The notes: generated by a model not told the origin, from the sequence alone. 64,000 bases of DNA from Chara braunii (GCA_003427395.1 BFEA01000011.1:1947229-2011228), one strand, 5' to 3'; counted from the first letter of the stretch, positions 24,760 to 38,338 are shown. Made by a program: numbers and translations.

Positions 24760-25290
24760 ATGGCGCGGTGCAGTGGGCTACACGGCTATAGGCCCAAATA
24801 CCTCCAGTTCATCTGGAGGTGCGAGCAAATGTCGGGCGAGGGACCTACTGTAACGACTATCTTAGACTATAGCTACTGCGATGAAGAGGTAAGACTGAAG
24901 GTTAATGTTGAAGGGGGAAAAGAGAGAGAAATGAGGGCGGATCGGAGACTGCAGCTGGCGATTACAAAGACCAGGGACAGGGCCGAAAGGAGGTGCAGAC
25001 GGGACGGGGTCACGGATGTGATCAAGGTGACCATCTCGTACTTGGAGGTGGAAACCTCCACGGACACGGTGGAGCGCGAACAACAACACCTGGATTGTGA
25101 TTCAGAGGCGGAGAGTGAGGCTAGTGACCGAGAAACCGATCTCCAATCCTGTAACAGGCCGGACCAGGTTCGCAGGAATCACCCTCAGACGCGACCTGTG
25201 GAAGGCGGACCCGAGGCCAGCTCGCGACAACAGAGGCCCAGAGGCCGCGAGACAGTTGAAATGAAGGTAAAGGGGGAGAGACACGTGTAA
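24760..25290 (+). CDS. Hypothetical ORF inside element E (~176 aa from ATG)
   Basis: Open, non-repetitive frame with a protein-like N-terminal half. A TATA-like CTATATAT lies at ~24552. No recognisable domain. Confidence 0.3.
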   Translation: MARCSGLHGYRPKYLQFIWRCEQMSGEGPTVTTILDYSYCDEEVRLKVNVEGGKEREMRADRRLQLAITKTRDRAERRCRRDGVTDVIKVTISYLEVETSTDTVEREQQHLDCDSEAESEASDRETDLQSCNRPDQVRRNHPQTRPVEGGPEASSRQQRPRGRETVEMKVKGERHV

Positions 25291-28200
25291 GAGAGAGAGT
25301 CCCCGAGGTCAACGGGGATCGAAGCGGTTCGTGCGTGAACAACAGTGGACGTGCGTCTGAGCGCGTCGTGCAACTGATGGATGTGAGCTCAGTTGGTTAT
25401 CAAAGGGGAAGGGAGGCGTCAACACGGACTCTCCGAATAAGCGGACACGAGAGACTTCGTGCGTGCGACCTGTGCTGTCAGGAGCGATGAGTATAGTACT
25501 CTTGTAGCACCCACCACTACGTGGGCACCTAAGAGTAAATACTGGCAGTGGTTAAGGTAGCCAGTCAAAGGCTACAGACACTTTCGGACACGGATTGGGA
25601 GTGATCGCCTGAGGTTCTTTAGTATGGTCAGACAGGGAGGGGTTTTGCTTGTATGTCTCGTCCCAGTTCGAATGAGTTCAACATGGTTATGCGTCAGTTG
25701 TAACGTGCTCCAAGAACTGTATGTGATTGGTGAGGAGGAAGTGCAGTGGAGATGGGGCTTCACACAAAAGGATGAGAATGATCGGGACAATCAAGTGAAT
25801 GCGTGAAGGTTGGGCATAAGTCCGTGAAGAAGAGGGAGCATGGTGCGCGTAGACTCTCAGCGGAAGTCAACGTTTCCTGAACGAGCTTGAAGTTGTCCTT
25901 GCTCGATCACGGAGGGTACCTGTGAGGAGGATACGAGCTAACTCTTGCAAGGGTTGAATATAGGGAGAAGGAAGGCGCTATTATTAGAGCCTGTCGTGTG
26001 AATGGGCATGAGGGACGCATGCTTCTCTGTATGGTTATGTCATCCGAGCATCTGGGTAGCCTTGACAAAAAAAAGACTGTCGAACAGCAACAGTGAGGGT
26101 TTTTGAGAGCACGCATTCCTTGACAGTCCGTTTTACTTCTTTGGATTTGACGTCATCTAGTTGGGATGGGCGAGCCACGGTTGGTCTAGTTTCTCTTCTA
26201 GTATCCGTTTCGAGTCAGGCGTGTGAGATGCCATTAGAGGGATCCAAATTATACAGAATGTTTTTGCGAAGGCGCATTGTTGACAGCAACCTTTATAATG
26301 ATGAAGATTACTTTTCTTGCTACAGGATGGTTGCACGTTTCTGTTATCGCGTTTGCTGTTCGTGACTACTAGCGTTGAACAGAAAAGAGACTCTTAAGTT
26401 GGCGACTATGTGCTTTTCGGGAAGAAGCTCGTGTGCCCTACTGTAGAAGTCAACCTCTCTAGCAAATGAGCCCCGAGTAATGAGCCCGTATAAACAGAGG
26501 ATAGAGGAGGACGGGGTGCATGTGAGCTATGGCAGGACCTAAAATGCAATAAGTATTACCGTCTCCTACATTTCTAGTCCGTTTTGCTCATCGTGACTAG
26601 AAGGGAGGAGTGGATACGTTTTGACAGAGGGATCGATGCCGATGACTTCTCTGTAGTTAGTGCAGAGGTGGGCCATGGGATGTATCGAGCCTTAATTTGC
26701 TATTGTAAACACCCAAAGAAGGAACGGTTTCAAATCGTGAGACCTTCGCAGAAATCTGTAAAAAGAAAATCTAGTACCTATTTTATGATTGACTCCTATT
26801 CGTGAATTTATGATTGAATGCAATGAGCGGACTTGTAATGTGGGTCAAGGCCAGCAAACTGGAATAACTCAGATATAGAGGGTTGGCACAGGACATGAGG
26901 CAACACATATGCATGCCTGAACACAGGTAGTGAGTGTGTGCTTCATGTGAAGTGAATGATTGAACTTCCTTCCCTGTGCTCCTTCATTAGTCCTGCTGGT
27001 TTAATTATGGTTATAAGTTGCGTTATACTCGCCTGGTTCGTGGTCGGAACTGAAATTGGCAAAACATGCGGAGTCGTTTAAAGGAACCCTGGGTTTTCTT
27101 GACTACAGTGGGCAAGTAAGCCAAGATCTGAAAAGCTACAAGTAAACATCAACAAATATACACGAGTTGGAGGAATCCGTATCTGGGTGACAGAAGCCCT
27201 GTTAGTAAGAGGGGACGCTCTAGCACTGAGAAGGATTGTCCACGTTCCGGTCCTCATTTGTAACCTTCTCCGATAAATCTTCGGATTTTGTCCTATAAGG
27301 TTGGATCATGAGTTGGTACTGGTTCAACCAAATACTTACCCTTTCTCTTTTCGTATTACTTTGGTGTGGGGAGAGCTTGGCATGCCTTTCTCTCTGAAAG
27401 TGAAGAGCACAGTTATCTAAACCAAGTTAAGCAAGCTCGCGAAACACATTTTGTGCCGTCACCTTGAGCCTAAGTGAAGCTCTAGTTGACTGGCTATTAA
27501 ATGAAAATTTATGGAAAAAAAGTGGGGGGTATCATATGTAAAGAAAATGAGGGAGCGTTTGAAGGGAGAAATTTGGTTGTAGGTTTTACTGAGCCTGGAT
27601 GGGGAAAAGGGGGACGACTCTGAGAAAGGTAGCTTATCTTCTTGCCAAATATTTAATTGACGGGGATTAACTTTAATGTTACCATTCCGCCCGGACCTAA
27701 TGAAAGAATTAGAGGGCGGGTTGGACCCTCGTCAGTGACCAATGGTTTACGGAAATCATAAATGGAGAGTTGCCCCAGTACCCAGGTAGAAGGTTACACT
27801 GAACATGCTCTCATTATGCCAAGTCAGTAAAAATCTGAGATGCGGTAACTACTGCCTTGTAGCGGCTCTCCTCAATCTATAATGCCTCAACTTTAACAAT
27901 AGTTTTGGCTATTTAAGTTTCTCAGAAGCCAACCTCAGTTCTCAGCAGACTGACGTCGATGTCATGCATAGTGCCACGAGGCCGTACACCATATAAGTTA
28001 GATCCATGCTTGATGGCCAATCCTATGAAATACTAACAAAATTGAACACTCGAGGCTGCGCTATGTCCTGCTTGGAAGGAGCTGAGATTTTGATGCTAGC
28101 CTGAGCAGTGAGTTGCCGCCTGTCTGAGAGAGAGAGAACTGGACTAAATGAGGAATGTAGTTGGTATAGGTAGTCTGTTGCTGGCAGCCTTATACATAAG

Positions 28201-28448
28201 ACCTAGTCGAGAACCGAGAACTCATTATATTTATATATTGTTTTATTCGAATTGAACACTCACTTAGAACTCAACAGATCTAGGGCTCTTTCGGGGGTGG
28301 TCACTAGTCAATTTGCAGTGGAAGTACGAACTGGAAACTGAGACCTGAGCACTTCTCGACTGACGAAAGGCACCTGTGCCTAGGAGCCGACACATTATAT
28401 GAATGGACGAGTAATGTCTCACTAGTCCTCCGAGAAGACCTGCTGAGG

Positions 28449-28796
28449 GTCCGTCGTTGATGAGTGCGCAGTCCAACTTCTGGGAAAACAACGTGGCTGG
28501 TACCAATCAAACTGTGATCCATAGCATGGCTGAAAGCTGAGCGGGAAACCCAAATCGTAATCTTTAGCAACAATCAGCCTGTCTCTTATACACATCTAGA
28601 TGTGTATAAGAGACAGGCTGAAAGCTGAGCGGGAAACCCAAATCGTAATCTTTAGCAGCAATCAGCTTCGTCCGTCGTTGATGAGTGTGCAGTCCAACTT
28701 CTGAGAAAACAATGAGGCGGGTACCAATCAAACTGTGATCCATTGCATGGCTGAAAGCTGAGCGGGAAACCCAAATCGTAATCTTTAGCAACAATC
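28449..28796. repeat. ~130-bp tandem duplication surrounding an adapter
   Basis: GTCCGTCGTTGATGAGTG...TTTAGCAACAATCA occurs twice, plus a 50-bp partial copy at 28617-28666. Confidence 0.85.
28579..28616. other. Nextera mate-pair junction adapter (Tn5 mosaic-end palindrome); assembly artefact
   Basis: Exact CTGTCTCTTATACACATCT+AGATGTGTATAAGAGACAG. Confidence 0.99.
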
Positions 28797-29154
28797 ATCT
28801 TCAAACCACCCTTGCCCATGCTGCACGTGAGTGGGCAGGATTTTGACTGAGAAGGTCGATATAAGCGATTTGAACTCAGCAGCGTCTCGACATTGTATGC
28901 CATCTGATTTCTTCCAACTCTGGCCAGACTCGAGTTGAGAACCAGCAATAACTACACAATTAAGTCCAGTAAAAGTCCAGTGACGAGCAGGACACAGTGC
29001 AGTTCAACTATAGCTCATCTATCTCTGGCCTCAACGCACAGATGCCAAACGATCTGATTAGGGGCAAATCATTAGAAGCCCTTCGTGGTCGCTGTCTGCC
29101 GGCTATCCATTAGCAGAGACCAGAGCACAAAGATCTCTCAGATCCCAACCTTCA

Positions 29155-30521
29155 GTGAGCCCCTCAGTCTCACGCTTGAGGATCAACGTAATGGATCTTT
29201 GCAGAGAGACGGGGAGCGAGGGCATGTTAAGAGTGACTTGCACGCTATACCGAGATAGAATGGGGGGTTGGGAGGAGGACACTGTCCAAGATATTCATCA
29301 TCATCTAAGACTCATGCTGGAACAAGCTCTAGGGTTAGTGGAAGGCCAGAAGGTCATTGAGTATGTGATTTATTTTCATGGAACGGACACGAAATTGCAC
29401 AGTACCTACTCTTTTCTCGAGATTGTCAAGCAGGCCTGGACGAGAGCTCAAGTGAGCGGATGTGTGTTTGGACTCCTCTCCTCAAGTTTTAGCATGCACC
29501 TCAATTAACAAGGGTCGATCGGCAACATGTAGTTTACTCAAGCTATCAACATTCAACAGTTAACATTTCGGCGGCATTCAACCGTCAGCCTTACCGGGGG
29601 TTTCCGATCTGAGTTCAGTCAGCGTTTCTTCACTGTCTTCGATACAAAGATCTGAGTCTGAACAGTGTTCCCATCTGATACACACGGGACCAATATCAGT
29701 CAGGCTGAGCCCTTGCCGGAAAGTCACAACAACCAGCGTTAACTTCCAATCAGTACTCAATCAGTATCTCATCAACATTCAGTTTCAGTCAGTGCTCTGT
29801 AACAAATCATCATCAAAGGACCTGGGGAACATTTCTCGGTATTCTCTCTTCAACACATGAGTAGGGTCCAATCCTCTCCAGTAGGTGAACCAATTTTGGC
29901 CAGCCTCAATAGGATATCCCTCAAAGATGCTATCAGATATCAGTATGTCAGTGTTGTTGGCTTCAGTTGAGGGGGGTTATCAGCCTTTGTTGTCCATACC
30001 AGTTTTGTTGGGGGCTCTATTCATGACCTGAGGATCTACTTGAAGAAGGGGAAGGAGACCCATGAGCACTTTGATTCAGTCTGGATCGCAGCTGCCCGGT
30101 ACCTAGAGGAGAGGGAGAAGGAGCTAGATGGGGGCGGTACTAAGCTGATCCGCAGCTTCAGACCAAAGCTCTACACGGATTACCCGAACCCTCCGGTTCC
30201 TTTTACCCTCATTGACAGTTCCTGTTGGGGTGAACTGATAGACTTGGCAAAGAGGTACATCTCACCAGTACAGATTGACTATCAGGCCTTGACAGAGCCT
30301 TTAGAGTTCGAGTATCTCAGATGGGGAATATTCTTCAGACCCTATCTTCCAACTCTATGGGAGAAGTTTTGTGCTATGATCGACTTCAGGGTTATGTGCC
30401 TTGGATGAAAGTGTTCGGAACTTGCAGGATACAGGTGGCTCTATGTCTCGAAGCCACGACCTCAGAGGGTACGCAGACATGGCTCAAAGCACATCGGACA
30501 GATAGTCAAATGAGAAATTGA
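29155..30521 (+). pseudogene. Fragmented hypothetical ORFs inside element E
   Basis: Protein-like frames 29155-29508 and 30040-30408 (Trp/Tyr/Pro-containing, globular-looking); no known domain recognised. Confidence 0.3.
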
Positions 30522-31001
30522 CCATGGGATTCTAGAGGGATGAGTGAGGAGTTTGAGGAGTGTTGATCATGTCTGCTCACTTGTGTTTTCTGAGATTATT
30601 ATGAGTTCTCACTTTCTCCTCATTCATCTTGCCTTTGCCTTGAGTCAGTCAGTCGTGATTATCTCTTTTGGCATTGCTTTATGATTGTATTCCTTTGCTG
30701 ATCATGTCACAGTTTTCAATCCTTCAAATTGACATCCTGATACATACATGGCCACTTAATTTTAATCTTATTATTTGCATCATCATTGCTATTCTGAATC
30801 AAAATAAAAGATTCCTAAGACCGGGGACCGACGAAGACCGCAATTTAAGGGTCTCGCTCGAAGCCGGATGCACACAACAGGAAGGGATTTGCATTATTTA
30901 ATTTATTTTATTTATTGCAATCATATTCAAAATCCTGCGTGACAGCCTGTTGGCTTTCTGGTCGCCTGAAGTGGCCCGACTAGAAAAAAGTGCGACAGCG
31001 G

Positions 31002-32484
31002 GCCAATTTTATTTGAGAGAATGACGGGCGAGACAGGGTGAACGTGACCACCAGACAACGAATAGCAGAAAGGAAGGTCGTACATGACGCCATCATGAAA
31101 GATACTGGGAATGGCCCGGGGAGGCCGCAAGAAGCGGAGGCACAAGAGCAAGAAAAAGTTTACGGAAAAGCTAGAGAGGAGGCTCCGGTAGACAAAGCAG
31201 CTTCGACAAAAAAGAAATTACGGTATCAGATTTCCATCCTAACTATACAGAGATCGATGACACCCTTAGCAAGCTACTAGGGACCATGGTGTCGGTCTCT
31301 TTTCAAACCATGTTGCAGGCAAGTCCTAGGCTCCTAAAAGGCCTTAGACAGCTGCTGACGAGGCGAAGAGTAAAGGTAGAAGAAGGGCCGGAACCGCAGG
31401 AGGAAGAGAAGGAAGAGGAGGCGCCACGAGAAGTCGCCAACCTTCAAATGATCCCCAGGAACCCGGAAGAGCTAGAGAAGGTCTTCGCAGACATCCGGCT
31501 AAGCCTGCCAGACTGTGAAGGTGGCGAAGTTATGAGGGCACCACCCGGAACAAAACTTAGCTTCCACTCACTACCGGTGGGTAAGCTGAAAGTCCAGATC
31601 GGAAGCCACCACAGCGATGCGCTCGTAGATGGAGGGGCTGGAATAACACTCGTTAGGAAAAACTTTGCAAAAATTACGGGATGTCAATAAACAAAGAGAC
31701 AACGGGAAGCATCCGTGAGGCAAGCGGGGAAATTCCCTCCTCCGGGTATGTTACTAAGTGTGCAGCCAAGGCCGAGGTTAGGGTGTCCATTTGGTCATTC
31801 CAGCGGATGATCGTCATAGACGAAATTGACCATGACATAATCCTAGGGAGACCTTGGTGTGCGAATGTGAAGATGATCGGAATGCACCTGCATGATGGAA
31901 CACACATGGTAGACATAGAAGATCCAGTGACAGAACGTGGTGAGCTACTTCGTCTCATCGGAATAGGCGGTGACACACTAAAGGGGAAACTAGTGACATT
32001 GTCACCATCGTTCCAAGAAAGTGTCAGAAACGGGACGTTTGCATGAATGGAAGGAATGAGGGAAATAGTGGAAATTATGATCGAGAAAATATTCAACAAG
32101 AAAGAATGGGTCAAGATGGGGTTGCCACAAAAAAAGCGGAGGCAGAAGGACGATGCCCTGAGAGTAATGGTAGTAGAGAAAGAGACGGAGGTCGAATTGA
32201 GAGTCAGCTTGCCTATACCAAAGGAGGTTCGAGAGGAGGAGACCGGGATAACATTGGAAGTCCCGGACTTACTGCACCTCATCAAGGTTATCAGATACCA
32301 TAAGGTAGGTGTGGATCCAACCGCACTCGCCAAGTTTGAGGAAGAAGTCCGAAAAGGCTACTGCCTGAACGAGAAATTAATCAGTATCCAGCCTCGGATT
32401 GCTAAAGCACCTCGGGCAATTCCGACTGTTCATTTTTTAGGAGAAAGATCCTGGAAGGAAGCGTTCGCAAGTACAAGCCAGTAG
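31002..32484 (+). pseudogene. Gag C-terminus/linker and aspartic protease of element A
   Basis: ALVDGGAGITLV (D-S/T-G-like catalytic motif) at ~31620-31655 and DIILGRPW at ~31834-31857; frameshifted. Confidence 0.85.
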
Positions 32485-32547
32485 GGAAGAAGCCCAAACC
32501 TGTCTCGGTCCTTCTGGAAACAACAAAGGAAGAAACCATGGAAAAGG

Positions 32548-32999
32548 CACAAGCGGTTATCGGGTAGCTGAAAATTCAGGAATAAAAATTCTGAAGTAAG
32601 AGTTTTGGGAAGTCTGAAAATTCTGAATGGTCCTAAAGTGGTGAAAGGTCTGAAGACCCTGAAAACCACCTGTTTAGGCAGGCTGCATCCTGAAGTGGTC
32701 AAGTGAGAGTTTTGGGCAGTCTGAAAATCCTGAATGGTCCTGAAGTGGTGAAAGGTCCGAAGACCATGAAAACCACCCTTCACAACTTGAGGATGCAGCC
32801 TGCCTAAACAGGTGGTTTTCAGGGTCTTCGGACCTTTCACCACTTCAGGACCATTCAAGATTTTTAGACCTGAATGGTCCTGAAGTGGTGAAAGCTCCGA
32901 AGACCCTGAAAACCACCTGTTTAGGCAGGCTTCATCCTAAAGTGGCGAAGGGTGTCCTGAAGTGGTGATGAAAAATACGACTGTTGTTAACCTTCTTTG
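32548..32999 (+). mobile_element. MITE copy 2, inserted in pol, 8-bp TSD
   Basis: Ends CACAAGCGGTTATCGGG...TGTTAACCTTCTTTG; TSD GGAAAAGG (32540-32547 and 33000-33007). Confidence 0.92.
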
Positions 33000-33007
33000 G
33001 GAAAAGG

Positions 33008-34560
33008 AGGAGGAAGTGCCCCCGGTGATTAGAGAAAGAAGGGCAACAGAGGAGCATCGAATATCAAACGAGGTAGCAGACATCAAGATAGGGGTGGAGG
33101 GATTCATGACAGAGCAGGAGACATGCTTGATCAAGGAAGCATGCCAAAAATTTCACCTAGCTTTTGCCTTCAACGACCATCAGAAGGGACGATTAGACAC
33201 GAAATTGATACCTCTGGTTAGGATCCACACAGTCGAGCATGAATGTTGGAACAACAAGGGGCCTGCCTAGGACTTTGGAGTAGCAGGGGAAGTAACAAAA
33301 CTGCTTAGAGCAAAGATGGATTCCTTCGTCACAGAACCCACCGCGTCACCGTATGCAAATAGATGGTTTGTGTTTCAAAAACCTAACAATTCACTTAGGT
33401 GGATCCAGGATCTGAAGAAAATGAATGTTGTCACCATCCGGGACGCGAGATCATTGCCTCAAGCAGACCTGCTGGCAGAATCTCACGCCGGACGGAGCAT
33501 TTACTTATTGATAGACCTCTATTCGGGATACGATCAGCTCCCGCTGGACGCCCGAGATAGACCCTACACGGCTATGCATACCCCGGTAGGTCAATTACAA
33601 ATGCAAGTGACTCCTATGGGTTTCACCAATGCGGTGGCGGAAGCACAAAGAAGGATGCTCGCAGTCGCGGGAGATATGTTCCCTACAAAATGCGAACCGT
33701 ACATTGATGATAATCCGATCAAAGGCGCGCGGGGCAAAGATGAAACGGAAATTCAGCCAGAGGTATGAAAGTTTGTGTGGGATCATCTGCAGGATATCAA
33801 AGAGATTCTCCGCAGGTTCTTGGAATACAATATCGTTGCCAGCGGCCCCAAGAGCATCCTGCCAGTGCCGGAGGTAACCATCTTAGGATTTCGCTGCGGA
33901 TCGTATGGGAGGAAGCCTGATCCGGCCAAGACGAACAAAATCTCTCAATGGCCAACGCCCCTGCGAACCACAACAGAGGTAAGGGCCTTTCTAGGGGTTG
34001 TAGGATTTTGAAGGATTTTCATGAAATGATTCGCAAAGATAGCCGAGCCCATTCGGGCCATGATCCGTGAAGAGGGCATACTCGATTGGATGGAGAAACG
34101 AGAAGTCACCGTCCAGACCTTGAAAGACGTATTAACATCCGAGCAGGTCACTCTTGCTGCTCCATGTTTTAACGATGAGGTAGGGCGTCCGTTTGTGCTT
34201 GAGACCGATGGGGGACCACTAGCCGTGGGCGGAGTTCTGATCCAAAGAGGGGAAGATGGAAGGGAACGACCATTCACATTCGAGAGTAGGACGCTGAACT
34301 TAACCGAGCGTCGCTGCTCTCAATTCAAGAAAGAACTGCTGACCATTCTCCACTGCCTTAAGATCTTTCAAGCCTACCTCTTTGGGAGGAGGTTCATCTT
34401 GATAATAAATTTGACAAACATCGCGGGGGCTCTAAGAAATTACAAGCCTATAGACCCCACCATGGGAAGATGGGTGGGGTTCATTTGGTAGTTTGACTAC
34501 AAGATCGAGAGCATAGCCGGTCTTAGGAACAGAGCCGATAGCTTGAGCAGGGTGTGTATT
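33008..34560 (+). pseudogene. pol: Gypsy reverse transcriptase and RNase H
   Basis: RT motifs LRWIQDL, LIDLYSGYDQL, TPMGFTNA, YIDD (~33699-33710), EVRAFLGVVGF. RNase H motifs PFVLETDGGPLAVGGVLIQ and ESRTL...SQFKKELL. Several in-frame stops. Confidence 0.95.
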
Positions 34561-34803
34561 ACACTAGAAGGAGTAGAGGATGCGAGACCTATCGATGCGT
34601 TCCTCAACTACAAGGGAGGAACCCTTGCGGTAGATAATAAAATGATAAAACCTGCTTGCACATTTAGGGAATTGCTGATTAAGACTTTAGAGAAAGGGTC
34701 TACCGCAGTGGTGGCAGAACTCAGAGAAGGGGCAGTTGCAAGAACCGACCACAAGGAAGAGAAAGACACGTGGGGTGACATTGTGGGGCCTTAGGAAGAG
34801 CTG

Positions 34804-36206
34804 ATGGCAATGGTTGTAGAAGGGGGGCGAAAGACGGTTATGAGTTTGGTTGAGTTATGGGAACGGAAGCGGCAACAGTACTTAGTGAACCAAGTACAGA
34901 ATGCACAGGAAGATCGCCGGGATCAGAAGGAATTCTTCTTTATCCAATCATACGGTGGCATCTTCAAGGAGATCGGTCTGCTACCAGTGGGAAACAAGGA
35001 GGCTCAGGAGGTCAGCCTCAGGGCCAGAGAGGAAGCCAATAAATATGTACTAAGAAATGGGCACCTGTTCAGAAAAGAGGAAGGCCTAATGCCTAGAAGG
35101 GTGGTGTGTGGACGATCAAAGCAAGTTGACATAATTCAGGCAATGCATGATGGGTTGACAGGGGGACATCGCTCCTCAAAAGAAACCCTGACCAAAATAG
35201 CGCCACTCTACTTTTGGCCAAGAATGGGGAGTATGATTGTCACGTACTGCCAGACCTGCGTGATCTGTCAAGAGTGGAGTACGACTCGAGTCTTTGAGCC
35301 CTTGAGACCCACGTGAGTGCTAGGACCAGGGCACCTGGTTCATCTCGACCATGTAGCTTGTATCCACGAAAGGATACAGATACATACTTGACGCTAGAGA
35401 TAATCTCAGTGGGTTTCTAGAGGCGATAACTTTTAAGAAGAAAACTGGACCAGCGGTAGCAAACTGGATCGATGACTTTTACTTTAGGCACCCATTTATA
35501 AAAAAGATTTATAGCCGATAATGAGACAAAATTCGTAAATCAGGACGTACTGAGTACATGAAAGAGACTCAAGGTGCCCATCAAGTTAATTGAACCATAC
35601 TACCCCAAAGCAAATGCACCCGTGGAAAGAGGGCATTTGACTTTGAAAAACGTGATTGCAAAGTTAGCGGCGGATGACCTTGAGAACTGACCGAAATACC
35701 TCAAGCAAGCAATATTTGCGAAAAATGTGACCCCGAAAAGGACCACAGGGTGTATCCCAGCCGAGTTGTGGTATGAGAGGGAAATTGACTTCCCAGTAGA
35801 ATCCCTGGTACCAAGTTGGAACAGGTTGGATGACGACCCACGCCTGGCGACAGAACAATCGATTGAGACTATTAGATGTCGGTAGGTCATTCAAAATGAG
35901 GAGGCAATGGAAGAAGTCATAAGTCGGATTCTGGATAGAAGAATGAAGGACAAGGCGAGGTGGGATCAACTGCGGAACATCAGGAAAGAACCACTACAGG
36001 TTGGGGAAATGGTCCTAGTCAGAAATTATGCGCTAAAAAGTACTTGGTCAGGACAACTGGGGAGAAGATTCAAGGGCCCCTACCGGGTCGCCAAGAGACC
36101 GGGGATGAACACTTTCGAGTTGGAAGATTTGGATGAGACCAGGTTAAAAGGACCATTTCCAGGACAACGACTTGTCAGATTCCTAAGTCGGGACCCAATG
36201 GAATAG
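34804..36206 (+). pseudogene. pol: Gypsy integrase (HHCC, DDE, GPY/F)
   Basis: MHDGLTGGH...CQTCVIC; HLD (35341); ADN (~35514); ANAPVERGH (~35610-35636); RFKGPYRV (~36066-36090). Frameshifts and stops. Confidence 0.92.
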
Positions 36207-36433
36207 TGGTTGCAAGAGGCTCTGGACAAGGAAACTGGGAATCAGGCCGGCTAAGACACCGACATAGTTCTTACCTATGATGTGTCTGTTTTGTGTGGAG
36301 TTTTTTTTTTATTGTACCTATGGGAGCAGGCTGCATGAATTAAGTAATACCGGGGACATTGTACGATAGTTTTTGATGAGGTGTGATACGGGGATGAATA
36401 CCTGGGGCATTATACTATAGTTTTTTTTTTTAT

Positions 36434-37627
36434 GTGAAGGGTGAATGGTATCGGGATGATTGTCTGGGGCAATCTATCACGACTTCGAGAAAAATGCATG
36501 AGATTGAAGGGAAACGCGGAATGACTCATTATATAGATGGGCATGACGACAAACTGGGCAAAAGGGGTGCATTCTTGAAAATTTGGGTAAATTCGGCATG
36601 GGACTTGGGATTCTGCTTGGACGGGGTCTGCCTTGGGAATGTGGACTGGGGCTTCCGTTTTCTTTGTGATGACAGACACAGGGAAAGCACAAGACAAGAT
36701 GAAACTCAATAACGAGAACGATGTCAACCTCGCTAACGTAGCCTTTGGAGATGAGTGGCAAAGAACCGAGAGGCCATGAGACAGGCAAAGACCGGTATTA
36801 TTTATTGGGTCACAACCAAGATAGACACTAGGAAGGAGAAAGAGATAATTGTTGGCCCGCAAACCTTCGCCCCCTAAAGAAGGCGAGAAATTGCAGCCCT
36901 TATCCGAAGAGGAAAGAGAGAAACAAGGAGCGGAGCTAAAAAGGGAGGAAGAAAGGCAGGATATGTGTGACGAGAGAGGGGGCAGAGAGGGACAAAGTAC
37001 GCATGACAACATTGAAAGGAGTACAAAGAGAGGCAAAGTAAGCAAGGCAGTTGCACAAGGAGAGATGAGCAAAGAGAGAACGCGTGCCATGATTGCGAAA
37101 GAAGTAAGGAAGCCGAACAAGGCAGGCACGACAGCTGTGAGAGAGGGTGCACGGGTTTTGGGGACGAACCCGAGAGAAGGACCGATATTCCATACAACTT
37201 TAATCCAAAAAACTTTACGAGGTAAATTCAGTCCCGTGCAAGAAGCAGAGGACAAAAGTGAGGATGAGGTGCAAGAAATCATCGCCATCAGTAGTGGCGA
37301 TGAACTAGGGCGGAGAGGCAACCTTCTACAGGTAGGCCAAGGGAATTACCCCCAGGTGGGAAGAAGAATTTGGACCCACACCCAGTCATTGGTTCGAGCA
37401 ATGGATAAGTGTGATTAAGCATGATTAGATTATCAGAATCAGGGAACTGATGAGGGACAGAGCGACGGTTATACCTTTGGACTTTTACAGTGAGGAAGAA
37501 TTGTGAGAGATCGCACAGAGAAAAAAAAGAAATCATGGCCGCCGGCCTGGGAGCCGAAGGACCATCCAGGCGCAACGACGAACGGACACCCAAGCGACAA
37601 AGGACAAATGACCCGAGGAGGGACTAA
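36434..37627 (+). pseudogene. Decayed extra ORF 3' of pol (unknown function)
   Basis: Sense-strand fragments 36434-36712 and 36849-37418: a W/C/G-containing N-terminal part, then a charged region including EVQEIIAISSGDE. Confidence 0.4.
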
Positions 37628-38338
37628 AAATGAGGTGCAAGTTTGACAAGAGTTGTATTTTCTTTACAATAAGTAGAGGAAAAAATTGATTAGTATGAAT
37701 GAGTTGTTGAGGGCAAACACGACAGAGACTAGTTAAGATCTTAGCCTAAGGGGCAAGAAAACAATATTTTAGTTACTTTTTTTTTTGATGCGCTACCTCA
37801 GATGAATTTTGAAAGAGAAACATTGGGAACAGACACGAGTATGAGACTAGCTGAGATGAGACAATTGTGCGTTTTGGACAAAACAGAGATTGTACATTGG
37901 ATGAAAGTTATGCATCTGGATGAATTGAGCATGAAAGAGCATTGCAAAACAGACGAGTACAAGAGAGGTTAGGGAACCTATTGATAGAGCGGCACGAGGA
38001 TGTCTTCTCCTAAGAGCCTAATCCGACCAAGTCAGAGTCATGTCACAAGGGACAAAGTTGTGAGAGTGAGCAAGAGTGAAGAGGACAGAGGGACCCGCAT
38101 CTGATCTATGGTTGAACGACCGGGCGGGCTAGCACTGCCTTAGTATTGAAAAACCTCCGCTTGGGTGTTAGGCGCTAAGTCAGGTGTATGAATGAGGATG
38201 TTGGAACTGAGCAAAACTATGTTGAGAATAAGATGAAAGATACGGCACGCTGAAAATTGCAAAGGTTGTTGCCTCCTAACCCCCCAGTAAATTATGGGAT
38301 CCTTGTCCTTAAAGCTCATCCCCTCGGGCGCTAAGCAT

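Larger units (their letters stand above)
23436..30997. mobile_element. Element E: 7.56-kb solo-LTR-like insertion in gag
   Basis: Termini TGTCG...CGACA. Flanks GTGG (23432-23435) and GCGG (30998-31001) form a 4-bp TSD with one CpG-type change. Gag-like sequence resumes afterwards (ANFI*ENDGRDRVNVTTRQR). Confidence 0.8.

Noticed and set aside
28579-28616. Genuine Tn5/IS50 insertion or horizontal transfer
   Set aside because: It is exactly the synthetic head-to-head mosaic-end junction adapter, with no transposon body.
37447-37500. Additional CTGATGA hammerhead candidates (also ~39100, ~51962, ~53112)
   Set aside because: No stem II followed by GAAA, stem III and NUH.
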